Positions 44,233-58,900 of a stretch of 64,000 bases of DNA are shown here, one piece after another. Under the pieces are notes generated by a model. That model saw nothing but the letters and a program-made list of their open reading frames with translations, searched no databases and was not told the DNA's origin. The position numbers and the translations under genes are program-made. Every line of letters starts with the position of its first letter. The stretch's first letter is position 1. This DNA is from Eledone cirrhosa (taxonomy: Eukaryota), in the NCBI GenBank assembly GCA_964016885.1, contig OZ024742.1:81902001-81966000 (forward strand), in the 5' to 3' direction.

Positions 44233-44448
44233 GGTTTCTTATATAGGCACAAGGCCAGCACTTTTGGGGAGGGGAAAATCCATTAAATCGAACCCAGCGC
44301 GTAACTGGTACTTTATTTTATCGACCCCATAAGGATGAAAGGCAAAGTTAACCTCAACGGGATTTTAACTCAGATCATATAGGGATGTAACTTTATGCTG
44401 CAAAGCACGGTGTCCGACCCTCTACCGATACTGCCAATCCACCACCCT
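44233..44448 (-). mobile_element. SINE
   Basis: Same family; flanking duplication cggtaataat. Confidence 0.88.
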
Positions 44449-44984
44449 AATATTAGCGGTAATAATAAAGACTGAAAATGTGATGATTCTATCCATGTCT
44501 TATAACTATATTTATTAGTTTGATACAGGTCTTTACTAGATATTTAAGTACATGTAAAATAGATAATATATATAATTATATACGGAATCAGAGGACAACA
44601 AACATGTTAAATGTAATACTTTCCTAAATGAATGCAACATTCATTCTTATGTTATCCATTAGATTGTAGATGATAGTAACATTTTTGAATAAAAAGAAAA
44701 AAAAGATTAGTTATTTCATGGTAAATTATACTGATTTTATTTTTATTTAATCGCGCTTTAACTATTAACACAAAGTCTCTAACATTCCGTTCCAACTCTT
44801 CATTTCCTGGAATGCCTGGTCCTGTAATCTGCATGGAGTTGCATGGCACCGTATTAATATACAACATTTCTAGTGCATTTTAAACCTGGCAGTGTCCATC
44901 TCCTCACTATGTTTGAAAACAGCAGAATTTTTCCCCAGATGGGTAGGTATTGAGAGAATGGAAGTGAGAAAGACTTAGAGGAAG

Positions 44985-45135
44985 AATCAACCCCATTACT
45001 AGACTATTTTATCGACCTCGACTGGTTGAGAGGCAAACTTGAACACGATGAGATGTGAACTCAGAGCGTAGAGAGCCGAAACAAAAACTGTTAAATATTT
45101 TTGTGATGTTCTAAAGATTCTGACAAGTCTCCGAC
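44985..45135 (-). mobile_element. Older diverged SINE copy
   Basis: ttttatcgacctc..aggcaaac..tgaactcagagcgta remnants. Confidence 0.6.
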
Positions 45136-45662
45136 GTGTCATTTCACTACTATGATGCAAATTGAGAAGTTTTTATATTCCAAATAATTGTAACATTATG
45201 TTTATTATACTTTCAATTTTCTTTTTTTTTTTTTCTGTGATACGTAAATATTTGGTACAATTTTTAAATATGTTTAATACGACACATTGGTAGAATGTGT
45301 AAGGAATAATTGCTGGACAGGGACCAATACCGAGCATATATGGTACATATTTGTTTAACAATCGATATATTAAGATAAGTCTCGTAACGTTTCAAATATT
45401 AGTCCTTCATCACAAAGTCACTGCTGCCAAGATGTATTGGGCATTGAATTTCACGTGGACAACATCGGTGGCTTGGATAGTGGCGGCAGGTATGCATGCG
45501 TAGCTGCTGCTCTTACACAATCAACCTTGCTCGGGCTTGTACCACTGAAAAGAAATCTCCAGTAACAAGTCCCATGGTCATTATTAGGCGAAGATGATCT
45601 TTAGCCTTTACTCTCACCCTCTCTCTCTTTCACTCACTCTCTCTCATCACTCTCTCACTCCT

Positions 45663-45703
<41 letters not shown>

Positions 45704-45705
<2 letters not shown>

Positions 45706-45924
45706 TAAAAGAGAAAACACAGGTACGCAATAATAGAATGATTTTATCCAGGTATTTACGACCGTTTCATTGGTACGTGCAACCTTATATTGCTACATTG
45801 CAAATACCAGCCAGTCAATTATAATTGTTGATCACAGTCCAAATTTTCAAAATATTGAGTCAATAGGTCGTAAATACCTGGATAAAATCCTTCTCTTATT
45901 GCTTAGATGTGTTTTCTTTTTTAT
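45704..45924. repeat. Short fold-back P3: ~60 bp arms, ~100 bp spacer, next to (TA)n
   Basis: gattttatccaggtatttacgacc / ggtcgtaaatacctggataaaatc is perfect and extends outward with mismatches. Confidence 0.85.
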
Positions 45925-46059
45925 ACTTTATACTCCAAGATTGAACGGAATTCTTACAAACTTGTGGAGTTACCCCTAAACGTACGTTGAAACCATCCAT
46001 GAAACTGGCTTTCTTAACCACGAAGTGGATCACAAAAAGCAATGTTCTGCTTCCCTAAC

Positions 46060-46205
<146 letters not shown>

Positions 46206-46242
46206 GATAGATAGATATAGATATATAATATAGAATAGGATG

Positions 46243-47189
46243 AAACGAAATTTCATTTCTCAATCTTAGTACGGCGGTTACTTAAATGTAAGTATGTAGG
46301 TATGTATACGTACATACATTTATGTATACAGACGTACAGTAGTATGTATATATATACATACATGCACACATATATATATGCACGCATCCGTTTACCGAAC
46401 ATTTATTATAATGCTCGGTTTGCTTGTAAACAAACAAACAGCCGGAATTACGCCGTACAGTGTTTAGGCAACCACGTCACCTTTTTGTTCAAAATTGACA
46501 CAGGAACGATGTACTAGTTTCAAGCTTATTAGCTATCGTCAGCATCGTATACCTTCCTGTCAGCTGGTGGAACGTCTGAAAGTATATACTTTCCTTATGC
46601 ATATTAACGGCTGAGCAGCCTAATTTGTATATCGAGTGAGTTTAGCCGGCCGACGATAAATGGAAAAGAATAAAACGAAATGTCATTTCTCAAACTTAGT
46701 ACGGTAGTTACTTAAATGTAAGTATGTATGTATACGTACATACATATATGTATAGAGACGTACAGTAATATGTATATATATACATACATGCACACATATA
46801 TATATATGCCCGTATCGGTTTACCGAACATTTATTATAATGCTCGCCTAAACTCACTCAATATACAAATTAGGCTACTCAGCCGTTAATATGCATAAGGA
46901 AAGTATATACTTTCAGACGTTCAACCATCAGGCAGGAAGGTAGACGATGCTGACGATAGCTAATAAGCTTGACACTAGTACAGTGTTCCTGTGTCAGTGT
47001 TGATCAAAAAGGTGACAAGGTTGCCTAAACACTGTACGGCGTAATTCGGGCTGTTTGTTTGTTTACAAACAAACCGAGCATTATAATAAATGTTCGTTAA
47101 ACCGATATGTGTGCATGTATCTATATATATATATATATACATACTACTGTACGTCTGTATACATATATGTATGTACGTATACATACATA

Positions 47190-47192
<3 letters not shown>
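46243..47192. repeat. P4: ~410 bp unit, partial tandem copy (46673-46844) and inverted copy (46845-47192), between (TA)n tracts
   Basis: Direct and reverse-complement matches read by eye; hammerhead in each arm. Confidence 0.9.
46506..46548 (-). ncRNA. Minimal type I hammerhead ribozyme (intact core); mutated mirror copy at 46944-46986 (+)
   Basis: acgatg-CTGACGA-t agct aata agct t-GAAA-ctag-TA-catcgt, with distal caggaa/ttcctg pairing; the mirror has GACA and a broken stem I. Confidence 0.87.
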
Positions 47193-47273
<81 letters not shown>

Positions 47274-47858
47274 TGTGTGTGTGTGCGTGTGTGTATGTAT
47301 ATGTGTATGTGTGTGTGTGTGCGCGCGTTTTTGCGTATATTACTTTTAACTCAACACATCAAATATTGGACTTAGTCTGAACTGTAGAATGTATTTCACT
47401 TTTAAAGATGATAATATTACATTTACTTGAAGTTTACATATGTTAAATATGTAAACCAGAAAAGTATCACAGCTATATGAAAAACTTTGATAATCAATGC
47501 TTGTACGTTTGTATGATCGTAACTCTTCCCCCTTTAAGAGAAAAGCTTTGTTGCGTTGTTTGGTGCCAAGCTTATAGACTGTGTACAAATGACATTTTTA
47601 TTGCAAGTATGAAGTGTAAATTCTTGTCAGATACATTCGAGAAATTTAAGCTATCAAGGAATGGAATCGGATTTTGGTATTCTTGGTTCAGTAATTTTCA
47701 TGATAAAAAATGTCAAAAACCGATACATCCAGGTCATGGTATTTGGAAGATACACGTTTATAACCTGCGCAAGGTTACCGTTCACTGTAATGTTTCATTT
47801 CAATAACACTATTACATATAGTTCACCCAAGTGGTAACATGTATATGTATATGTATGC

Positions 47859-47962
<104 letters not shown>

Positions 47963-47998
47963 ATATATGTATATATATATATATATAAATATATATAT

Positions 47999-48040
<42 letters not shown>

Positions 48041-48149
48041 GGGGAGAGGTGATGTCTGTGAGTGTGTGTGTATGAGAGATATAGAGGGAGCGGAGAGAGA
48101 AAGGTGCACGCGCCAACACGGACACACATATATGCACACACACATATTC

Positions 48150-48199
<50 letters not shown>

Positions 48200-48872
48200 A
48201 CACAAAATGCATATATTCACATATACAAAAATGTATAGAGATATAGTGAAAATGAGGAAAGGCATGAATTAGCATTACATTAAGCTCTCTTGTCTTCTCT
48301 GTCGAGAGAAATATATTACATAATGTAATACAATATAGTATAGTGTAATATATAGGCTGCAATGGTACACGTAGGGATACCTTGTATATAATACAAAAGT
48401 GATGCAGGAGGAAACAAACTGCAAGTTGAATGACCTGGAATATGAGCATGTGTTCAAATTTGCTAGAATAAATAATGCTTTCTGCCAATAAATATACTTT
48501 AACTATTATGCAGATGTTATATTAGCTTTTGCTTAGTTGCGGTGTTCACTACCATTGTAACTTCATCCAGTAGAACCTTTGTTTATTAGGTATATATGAA
48601 TAGATGGATGGATGGTCTCATAGCTGAACGTGTCATACTGGTGCTCTATCGACATATGGTGTTTCCTGGCCATTATAAAAATCTGCCATAGCCTATCCAG
48701 GTCTGAATATAGCAGATTTCTTGCAGCGAAGGATAGAGATTCAAAGAAAGGAAGTGACCCGAGTACTAGACTTGAACTTTATTTATCGACCTCTAATGGA
48801 CCAAATGCAAAGTCGCCCACGTTATTAGTTATACTCCACCATTAAAATATGTTATTATTATTTAACGTTACG

Positions 48873-49058
48873 ACGGATTGGCAGTATTGGTAGAGGGTCG
48901 AATGCCATGCTTTGACGCATAGAATTACGGCCCTTGCCATTCTGAGTTCAAATCCCGCCGAGGTTAACTTTGCCTTTCATCCTTACGGGGTCGATAAAAT
49001 AAAGTACCAGTAATACACTGGGTAATTGCTGGCCTTGTGCCTAACGTAGAAACAATTA
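48873..49058 (+). mobile_element. SINE with ~14-bp TSD
   Basis: A box TGGCAGTATTGG, B box GTTCAAATCC; TSD ttattatttaacgt. Confidence 0.9.
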
Positions 49059-52039
49059 TTATTTAACGTAACATTCCATTTTTTTTCGGAAGGATGAATA
49101 CGATATGAGGGAATTGGATTGATAGCTCCAAATCACTGTAATATAGCAATCATATAGATTGGACTGGAAATATATATTTAAAACTAAGAATGTTTGTTTG
49201 CGGTGTAAATTAAAAGATATGCAACTTTGCGGGAATTATTTAGTGTTGATGGCATGTCTATGAGACTCCTAATATCAAATTGATCACCGTTCACTTGAAG
49301 CCTTTAAGGGTCTTATACAAAAAATATATATTACTTATAAAAACATATATATTACTTATAAAAAAAAGTATATATTGAATTGGCAGATAGGCATTCTCTC
49401 GCAGAGAAAAAAAATATCAACTAAACCATATAGAGTAACATGCAATCACCTTTTGCGGACAACTTATAAAAATAGAACTATGTGTAAATAGACAATAATA
49501 AAGGAAGGATTGAGCAGGTTTTTCAGTCTCCTGTACCATAGAATTTTACCGCTTTGCATTTGTTATTACATTATCCATTATCCCCATTCATTTAGAGGTC
49601 TTATATCTAATTCAAGACACAGTTCTTGAAGCAATCAGACTATACGACGAAAAAAATTAGCGGCTATATTATGTAGATGTTTTCTTCGTTGTGTCCTGTT
49701 AGTAAAGCAACAAATATAAATTTGAATTATATAATATAGTTTTGAATTATATAATACAAATTATGAAAGCCCTGCTCACTTGCTATTGGTACTCTATATG
49801 AGATTAAACATATAACGTTACGTTCAGGAAATCCTTCTCTGAGTTCGTGACTGATTATATGAAATCGTAACGAAGACATTATGAAACCGATGTTTAGTAG
49901 GTCTGTCTGAATCGAATTCACCCTGCTTGATTTTCATTATTTAAAGAATCTTACGCAAGATTTGGCACGTCCATCAACTACTTTGCCTAGTTTTTATTTT
50001 TTCATGTTGGCGAAATTTATGAAAAATTCGTCACAGATTTTCTAGTTTTAAAACATTTTAAAACAATAATATATGATAGCTGTTACTTTGCAGTTGGTAA
50101 AGCTGTCAAAAACATAAAGCAAACAAAAATATCAGAAAGTGGAATAATGGGCCATATAGATGATCCGTTTCTTTTTTTTCTTTTCTTTGTAAGGCTGATT
50201 TTAATTATTTTTCTTAGTAGAGATTATTAGTTTGTTTAAGCTTATCAGGTACATTATTATTCCTGAATTTTCTATGTTACTCACACAGAAAATCCTCCAG
50301 AATAAGAAACTACTGAATCAACCTTCATTGGATACATATATTTGTGTATGCATATCTGTATTTGTGTGAATGTGTCTATATATGTCTATTTGTCATTGTG
50401 TTTCTGTGTGTATGTGTACTGAAAAACGAATGAACATAAACATGGGAAAGAGCTGTTTATCAGAATATAACGATATTATTTGACTTGAAAGAGATAACCC
50501 GTGCTTGTTGTTATTAATTGACGTATATTGAGATATCTATTTTATGGATATGAATGATTAAATTATATTTATGAAAGATTTTCTAAGCGTATCTTAGTTA
50601 GATGATATCAATGTTTAAACTTTTTGATGTTCCATTGACAAACTATGTGTATTGCTGTATTCTTCTTCTGAGTCACTCTATATCAGGAAGTTAATCATTC
50701 ACCCTCTGATGTCATTGAACAAACGTATGTAATATCACTCGTACAATCTACATTGAAGTATTGATATGTATACAAGAGGGATTAAATATTAAACAAGGGA
50801 TAACATTAACAATGAAAGACCGCTTTAAGATGTACTATAAAACCTGCCTTTTCATCTCAGGTGAATAACACGAATATTATCATTATATATCCGTAAACGC
50901 ATTTCCGTATCCGCTAGCCATCATGTGCTGTACATGAAAAGTTCTGTTATGAAAGATGTGAAGAAGATATCATTGAAATCATTGGAACATTTTATTAAAC
51001 AGAACCTCAAAGAGAAGTACATCCACTACAAAATAGCATGTGTAAACTAAAACGAAAAGTAATTCAACCTATAGCATATTATGACAAATTTCTGAATATA
51101 CAGAATATGAACGTGCTTAGCATAGAATGAGTGTAAGAATTTAAGCCATGCATAAAATTCTAACTTTTATTATTGGTAATCTGTCACATATCAGAATTTC
51201 TAAATAAAACAAAGTTGTACAGAATGATAGAAAGGAAATGTCGAAAAATATTAAGGTTGAGCGTAATAGATTATATGAACAACGAATACCGATATACGTA
51301 TCTAACCATCAATATGTAGAAATAAATACATGAAATTCAACAAGATAGTCGTCGGAATATAGGGTTTCAGATACTGTTCGTCAGTTCTTACACACAAACA
51401 TAGATCCAGACACATATATACACGCTTACACACACTTAATCCAACACCGACGTAATCAAACAGACGCAAACAAACACAAATATCTTGACTAAAACAAGGT
51501 TAGTCAAACATACGTTATCACATATGATCTTGTAGGCAAAATACAAAACACACACACATATAGACCGAAACGCATACACAAACACACAATAAAAAGCCAA
51601 GCATACACAACTCCAACGCACACTTGATAAATGCACCTCATTCGGACACATAAAACAGTAGTCGGATGCTCTGCAAACACTACGGAATGCACAATTTTAC
51701 GACGATCTATTTGAGTTTTCTTCTGTAACTGGTCCTACATTGGCAAATGTATGAGCATGAACGGGGTTTCTATTGTAACCATTACGCCTCGCGCCTTTCT
51801 CACCTAACATTAATTTCTGGCTTTATGCCTGTAATTAGAATGGCTTCCTTCATTCATTCTTACATTTCCCGTATACCTTTTATTCGCATCTAGGTCAGCG
51901 TAGTCTTCTTTTTTACATCCTACTCTCTATCTCATGTGTCGACTTAATTTTCGACATCAATAATTTGGGGCTAACTTCTATTGACATTCGTGAACTCTAA
52001 CGTTATGTGCAACAGGTTTTTTATCCATTTTGACGGCTA

Positions 52040-52450
52040 AGTATACAAAAATACTGAAAAGTTCTGATGGGATCAATACTCTCAGGACTGCCTGCCAACA
52101 CATATTGCGAGCACTCATCGGCTGCACCTTTTTCTCCAGGTAGGTGGATGACAGCCTTATGCTCACTTCATCACATGAAGAAACCATCGAAAACACTGCC
52201 GCACACATAAAATGGGAGGTTGAACATCCGGACACCACTTTATCCCTCTCTCTAATCGACTTGACAATAAGTGTGACGTAGAAGGGATCCATATACACCA
52301 ACTTCTGCAGGAAGAATGCCTGCAGATACATTTTCATAGACAACTACAGGTCCAAAATGGCCTATATACGCAATGAGATCTCCGGGATACGCAACAGATG
52401 AAGTGAGGCTAGCCGCAGATATATCGGTACCGTGGAATTCCAAACATTTC
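52040..52450 (+). pseudogene. Old Penelope-like RT relic
   Basis: FFSR*VDDSLML..IKWEVEHP..LSLIDLTI..YTNFCRKNA resembles the PLE RYVDD / IKFT.E / L.FLD / YRK motif order. Confidence 0.55.
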
Positions 52451-52454
52451 CAGT

Positions 52455-54195
52455 TGCATTTATGTTGCTTTATGTTCATACGTGTCATCACCAAGTCAAA
52501 ACCAGTGACCTCAAGAGACAACAAGGTCCGCCATGTTCAAGAAAGAACATACATCTTTAAGTGTTTAGACTTGTGATGTATTTATATTGACATAATCTTC
52601 CTTAGTATATGGGCAGTTCCCATTAGTACTATCTTTTGTATTTCTCCTATGCGCGGGTCTCCTGGAATTTGCGATAAGTAATCATTAGGCCCCTTAGGTA
52701 TGATTCCTAGAGCGCCTACAACCACTGGTATTGTTTTAGTTCTCAATTTCTACATTTTTCAAATTTCTACCTCCAGGTCCTTATACTTGCTCAATTTTTC
52801 AAATGTTTTTATAGATACATTCTTGTCTATTGGAACGGACATATCAATTAGCAGGCATACCCTCTTTTTAAAGTCCTTCAGTATTATATCAGGTCTATTT
52901 GGATCTATTTTCCGTCTGTTTGGATGCTAAACTTCCACAAGATAGAGATGTGATCTTTTTCAATTATGGGAGGTGGTTGATGCTCCCACCAATTCTTTTG
53001 ATGGGCAGGTCAAAATGCTTACACATTATCCAATGTACGTATTGTGCAGCTCTGTCATGCCTGTTTCGGTATTCGGTTGGAGCTATAGGACTGCACATTG
53101 AAATTATATGATCAATGGTCTCTGGATTTGTTTTACATACATGGCATAATGGATTGCATCCATTTTTTATTATGTTGGCTTGGTAATTTTTTGTTGGCCG
53201 ACACTGATCTTGTGCTGATATAATTAGTCCTTCAGTCTCCGATTTCAGTCCAGAGGATGCCAACCACTGATGGGTTAAAGTTTTGTCAACATCAGGATTG
53301 TTAGCTGTTTCTGGGTATTTTCCATGCAGAGGCTTTTCTTGCCACTGCTTAGCCAGTTTCTGTAGCAGTTCTTTCTTTGCAGTTACTTTTACCAGCTTTA
53401 ATTTTTCTGTGTTTTTCATTTCAGCAGTAAATGGAACTTCTGAAATTTGTAGTCCATTACTGTATCTTTGTGCATTTTTTGTAATGGAGTATGATCTTTT
53501 GATGCTTTCGTGTTTCAAAACGAGTTTCATCCTCCAATCATGTGATTCCCTTAGATATGTAGAAAATCCAATGTTGCAGTTTTCAACCCAATATCTAACT
53601 GGATTAACCCACGTTCTCCTTCTTTCCTAGGGAGATATATTCTATCTGTGCATGGTTAAGAATTTTCTAATTTTTGTGTCGAGCCTACGGATCTCTGTGC
53701 TTGACCAGTTGATGACATTGTAACTGTAAGTTACTACTGGTATGGCAAGCGGTTTTATGGAATCGATCCTATACCTTGCATTCAATTCCGTTCTTAAGAT
53801 TGCTCTTACTCTGCGGTAAACTTCCTTCCTTATCCTTTCCCTCATAGTCGAGTGCTTGGTTCTGTCACCTTCACAAACATCTAGATATTTGTAAGTGTCC
53901 TCTTGATCAAGTTCTCTTATCACATTCCCCCGATCAAGATTAATTTCTGAACTTTTCAACAGCTTTCCTCTGGTGAACGTTGCTTTGGCGCATTTATCTA
54001 GTCCAAACTCCATTTTAATGTCATTACTGAACTGCTTCACAGTGGATAATAGCCCTTGCAATTGTTCATCATTTTTTTCAAATAGTTTCAGGTCATCTAT
54101 GTAGAACAAGTGATTAATGGTTTTGACATAGACTTTATATCCATGTTTTGTTTCATTCAGCATTTTACTTTTTGTTTCATTGAGCATTTTACTTT
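52455..54195 (-). mobile_element. 5'-truncated R4/Dong LINE, same family as 1-1154
   Basis: HLFYIDDLKLF, MEFGLDKC, YKYL, near-identical RLE region and 3'UTR; 5' junction has a 24-bp tandem duplication and abuts (TAA)n. Confidence 0.92.
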
Positions 54196-54209
54196 ATTAT
54201 TATTATTAA

Positions 54210-55912
54210 AAAGCCCCAACAAAACACAAAAACATACACAACAAAAGATACAGACATCACACATACAACAAACACAGACATACCCGAAACAACACCACCA
54301 AAACCATCACCACCACAGTCACCAAAACGAAACCAAATAAAACCACACCAACAAAATGTTAAAAACTTTGTGCTTGTCAGAAGGGCCAACGATAAACTGA
54401 TGGCCTTCTTAGCACGAAGCTAGGACATTCAAACAGAGGGGGATATTTTTTAAATGAGCTCATTATGCGTGCCAGAAGATTTGCTTCTGGTCCGAATGTC
54501 ACTAAATCCCTACAAAGAAATTCAAGATAGCTTTCCTCAAGACGTGGGAACCCTGAATGTGAAACACACATCGAGACTTTTAAAGGGTTTCCAAAAGAAA
54601 CCTCACCAACCATGGAGGTCGAAACACCCGACCTTCACAAGACCCCGGGATGTAAGTAAACCTTCCCTCTCTCTCTTAGCTTGCCAACATGGTCATATTA
54701 AGAGTAGGAAGTTTAAATGTTCGCGGCCTGGGTCACCCTGGAGACAGAGTCGCCTGCTCAACACCTCAGGTCGCTGGAAATGGATGTAATTGCCGTCAGC
54801 GAGACCAGCATTTTTGACACTCGCGCACTAGCCCCCATTTTCGACGACTATCAGATCTTTGCATCTGTTAGCAGGCCGGAAATGAGGGATGGGGTGGCAG
54901 TGCTGTTTAGGAAAGGACTGGATCTCGTGGAAAGGTCGATCTTCCGGGACCGGCACGGTAAGTAGCGGCAAACTTGCGCAATCCCAGCCAGGTCTATATA
55001 CGATAGTCTCCACCTCATGCGATACATCATAGAGAGGATAGGGTGTAAACCTGGCTTCGGTGGGGCACTGATCAATATAGATCAATCGAAATCATTCGAT
55101 AGGGTCGACCATCTGTATCTGGAGTTTGTCCTCAGAGCAGCTGGCTTCGGATGTCTTCAGAAGCTGGATCGCTGCAATGCACAGCGACACACGCTCAGTG
55201 GTCAAGGTTAATAGCCACCTCTTGGAACGATTTCGGCTCTCTCGATCGGTCCGTCAAGGGTGCCCTCTCTCTTCCTTTCTGTACGTAATGACTCTTGAGC
55301 CTTTACTGCGGAAGCTGGAGCTGTTGCAGGGCATCCCGAACCGGGACGTGGAAGGGCGGTGTGGGATTATGCGGACAACGTCACCGTGATGGTGTCGAAC
55401 ACCTCAGAAATCGAGGTGGTCGGCACCCTATTTAAGGAATATGAAAGGTTGACAGGAGCCAAACAAAACCCGGAAAGTCGGTGGGCTTGAAGCTGGGAAC
55501 CTGGTGAGGCAAGCCCAAGCCGTCCAGCAGCGTCGTGGGGCGCTGGACGGACGGACCGGTAAAGGTGCTCGGGGTTTGGTTCGTACCAGACCTCCAGGTG
55601 GAAAAGTATTGGGATGAGGTAACGAGCAGACTAGCCAGCCTCACACCAAAAGGGCTGGGAGGAAGCGAATGCGTACATCGCGTACATCGCGTCCGTCATC
55701 TACTACCGCCTGACCGTCCCGTTGCCCCCGTCCGCGCCTCGTCAAGTTGGAACAGCTCCTCTTCAAATTCTGGGGGGGGGGGTAATTTCCATTGGTGAGG
55801 CGGTCCAAGTACTGCCAGCACCCTCTACGTGGAGGGCTGAGCATGCCGTGGCTAAGGATGCGCAGAAATTCGTTGAGGCTTCGACATCTCCAGATATTCT
55901 GCTTCCACGGTG
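54210..55912 (+). mobile_element. Internally deleted Tx1/L1-like LINE fragment
   Basis: Aligns by eye to ~57330-57900 then jumps to ~59128-60090; IDQSKSFDRV, SVRQGCPLS. Confidence 0.8.
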
Positions 55913-58900
55913 AACACCACTGACGCCACCACCACCTCAACTGAAACTAAAAATAACAATAACAAATGTAACAATAACATCAACAGCAACAACAACAATA
56001 AGAATAACAACATCGTTTCGTTTGCCAAAGCATCCACAACATGCGAAACAATCTAGGTAACTCAGGAAGAATTAGATGAAGCCAAGAGAATGGTAAAAAA
56101 GATGGCTAGATGGTCAGTCTCACGCCCCACCAAATAAAATGGAGCATCGGCGCCTATGCACCGTGTCTTATCGGACGTTTAACATAAAATCGTGCCGAGT
56201 GGAACGTGCATCCGAGTCCCAAATACAAAAAGCTTTGGGACATGTGTGGGCTAAAAAGCCCACATCAAACGTCGGCAGAAATAAGGAACCGTGGACGTGT
56301 TCTTTGGAACACCACAGGAGGCCAGAGAGCACTCCATGGCCCCATTAAGAAGCGATGACTTCACACTCGTCCCAAGCTACTGTGGCCAGAGACTCGTAAA
56401 GATCAGGGTGACCCACATTCCACCGGCCATCGAGATTCCCTGGATAATGGCTGGCGCCCTCGCCCGCATCGAGGCCAGCACCAAAATAATAGAAATAGAA
56501 AAAGAAAGGCAGGAGAACTGCTCCGGATCTGGAATGGAGCTTCTGATCCAAGCGGACAAAAAAAGCATTAAGGAGATCCCAGAGGTAATAGACCTCACTG
56601 AAGTCAGCAACCTCCCCGTAATCGTCGAGGGTAGAAGGCCTAGGTGTGTCGTTTGTGGTGACAGAACCCACCTGAGGGCTTTCTGCCCTCAGGTTAAAAC
56701 ATTGAGGCCACCTCTCTTACCCACCCCAGTGACTCAACCATCAACACCACCAGCAGCAGAAATGGCAGCAACAATTGTAACAGCAACAAGAGAAGCAACT
56801 GTAGCAGCAACAACCCCAGCAACAGTAGCAAAACCAACACCACCACCACCCAATGCGCCAGAACTAGCACCAGCGCCTACACCATCCACCACGCTACAAC
56901 CAAAACCAACGCCTGAGGAGGATTTTCCACTCCCCGACTTATCGTAACTGGAGACAGATTGTGATGACGTAGAGTGGGAAACGGTATCAGGAAAAAAGAA
57001 AAAAAGAAAAAGAAGCCAAAAAAAAAAGAGTCCGCTTCCTTCCCCCTCCAAAAACAAAATACAGTAGGAAACAAATAAACTATCAAACAAAATTGCTAGG
57101 ACAGCTATGCCACCATCCACACCAGCATCACCAACCCCATCACGACAAACACCAACACCATCACCATCATTAACCCAACACCACAAAAGTCACCAAAACA
57201 CGAAACAGAAACGAAGTTGACAACAAACCCAAACAAAACAAAACAACCAAAACGATACACAGTACACAGCATAAAATTTGAACAACAACGTACCTAAAGT
57301 TGAAACAATTAAATTTGAACAACAACCAACTATTTCAAAACATCCAGCACAACACCAGCATCACAGAAAACGACTACACAGCAACCAAAACGTTCACACC
57401 ACCTCCACACATACAAATCACTCGAATCACACAGATAACGTTCACGACACTAAAACAAAAATTCCCCAAAGACATCGGAGACTTCCGACAAGCACTCTCC
57501 AGGAGGATTTATAAGGACATCCTTCCGGAGGAGGCCACAAGCAGTGAAAAGGATGGAGAACTATCCTTCCTCTACGAGAAGTAAGGGAAGTGGTCTTTCC
57601 CATCTGTTCCACTCCATTTCAACATGACCTCACTCAGAATAGGCAGCATAAATGCGCGTGGTTTGGGGTCGTCATGGAAGCAGAGCCACCTGCTCAACGA
57701 CTTCAGGTCACTAAACATAGATGTAGTGGGCATCAGCAAGACCAGAATGTCCGAAGCACGGGCCTACGCACCGATCTTCGTCGGCTACGTTGTGTACGCA
57801 TATCCCAGCAGTCCTGGATCGGGAGGAGGAGTTGCTGTGCTTTTTCGGAGAGGTTTGGATCTCGCCATACGGGCCATCTTCCTGTACCCAGAAGGTAAGT
57901 TGGTGGTGCTGGACGTGACCAGCGGAGACGGGCAATTTTTCAGGCTAATGGCCGTCTATGACCCGAGAGGAGCAAGGCGGCCTGATTTCTTCCGGCATCT
58001 GGAGACCTTTCTAGTGTTAGTGGGCGACTGGAAAGGGGATATTAGATGCACGCTGGGACTGTGTGGGATTAGCGGATAGGGGAGGAGGGTGCAAGAGCCT
58101 CACCAACCTGCTCAGGCGTTTTGAACTGTCTGACAGGTACCGATTAGATTTCCCGTATGTGCCAATGTGGGCTTGGACAAACCGCATAGGGACATCCAGA
58201 TCATATATAGATAGATTATTTTGTAGGGAAATAGATAGTTCTAGCATAGGCTGTCCCCAATTCTAGATAGTCAGCTACACGGACCACAAATTCGTGATCT
58301 GTTTGCTTGACTTAGATAGGCTTCATAGACGAGGACCGAGCTACTGGAAGCTAAACGCGTCCTTACCAGCGCGCAAGGCCTACAGAGACCGGATTACCGA
58401 ACTAGTTAAGCCGGCGTTGACGGGGGACATCGTCAACAACAAGTGGTGGTTTGCTCTGAAAAGAGCGATTAGAATAGAGTCCATATGTTTAGTAAGGCTT
58501 TATCAATAGAGAAAAATAGAGCAGAGGGAGAAGTAGTTAGAAAATTAGACGAAGCGCTTAGCAAAGGCATCGCGACCGACGTATTTGCGGCGAAATTGGC
58601 TTTTGAAGAATTCTTCAATGCAAAGCACGAAGGCTGCGTTGTCAGATCTAGGATGTGTGCTCTCAAACACGAGTGAACGATAGCTGTTCAATGGTCCCGA
58701 GTGGGATCAGCGGTGGGCCAGGTCGAGGGATGGACTTTAGTGTCTACTACGACGGACTGCCGCGGCTCTGGGCCAATGAGGCGGAGTGTTGCAAAAAGCA
58801 GATAACTGCCGCTAAAGTACGGGAGGCAATGACTGGCTGCACAAGGGGTAAATCGCCTGGTTTGGATGGTCTGCCCTATGAACTTTACGTACAGATTCCA

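Noticed and set aside
45380-45418. Minus-strand TGATGA..GAAACGTTA
   Set aside because: Core lacks C3 and the stems are marginal.
47477-47845. 109-aa ORF and an overlapping open frame as a host exon
   Set aside because: No recognisable motif or convincing splice-site pair.
48873-48965. tRNA gene from A/B boxes
   Set aside because: No cloverleaf; it is the head of a multi-copy SINE.
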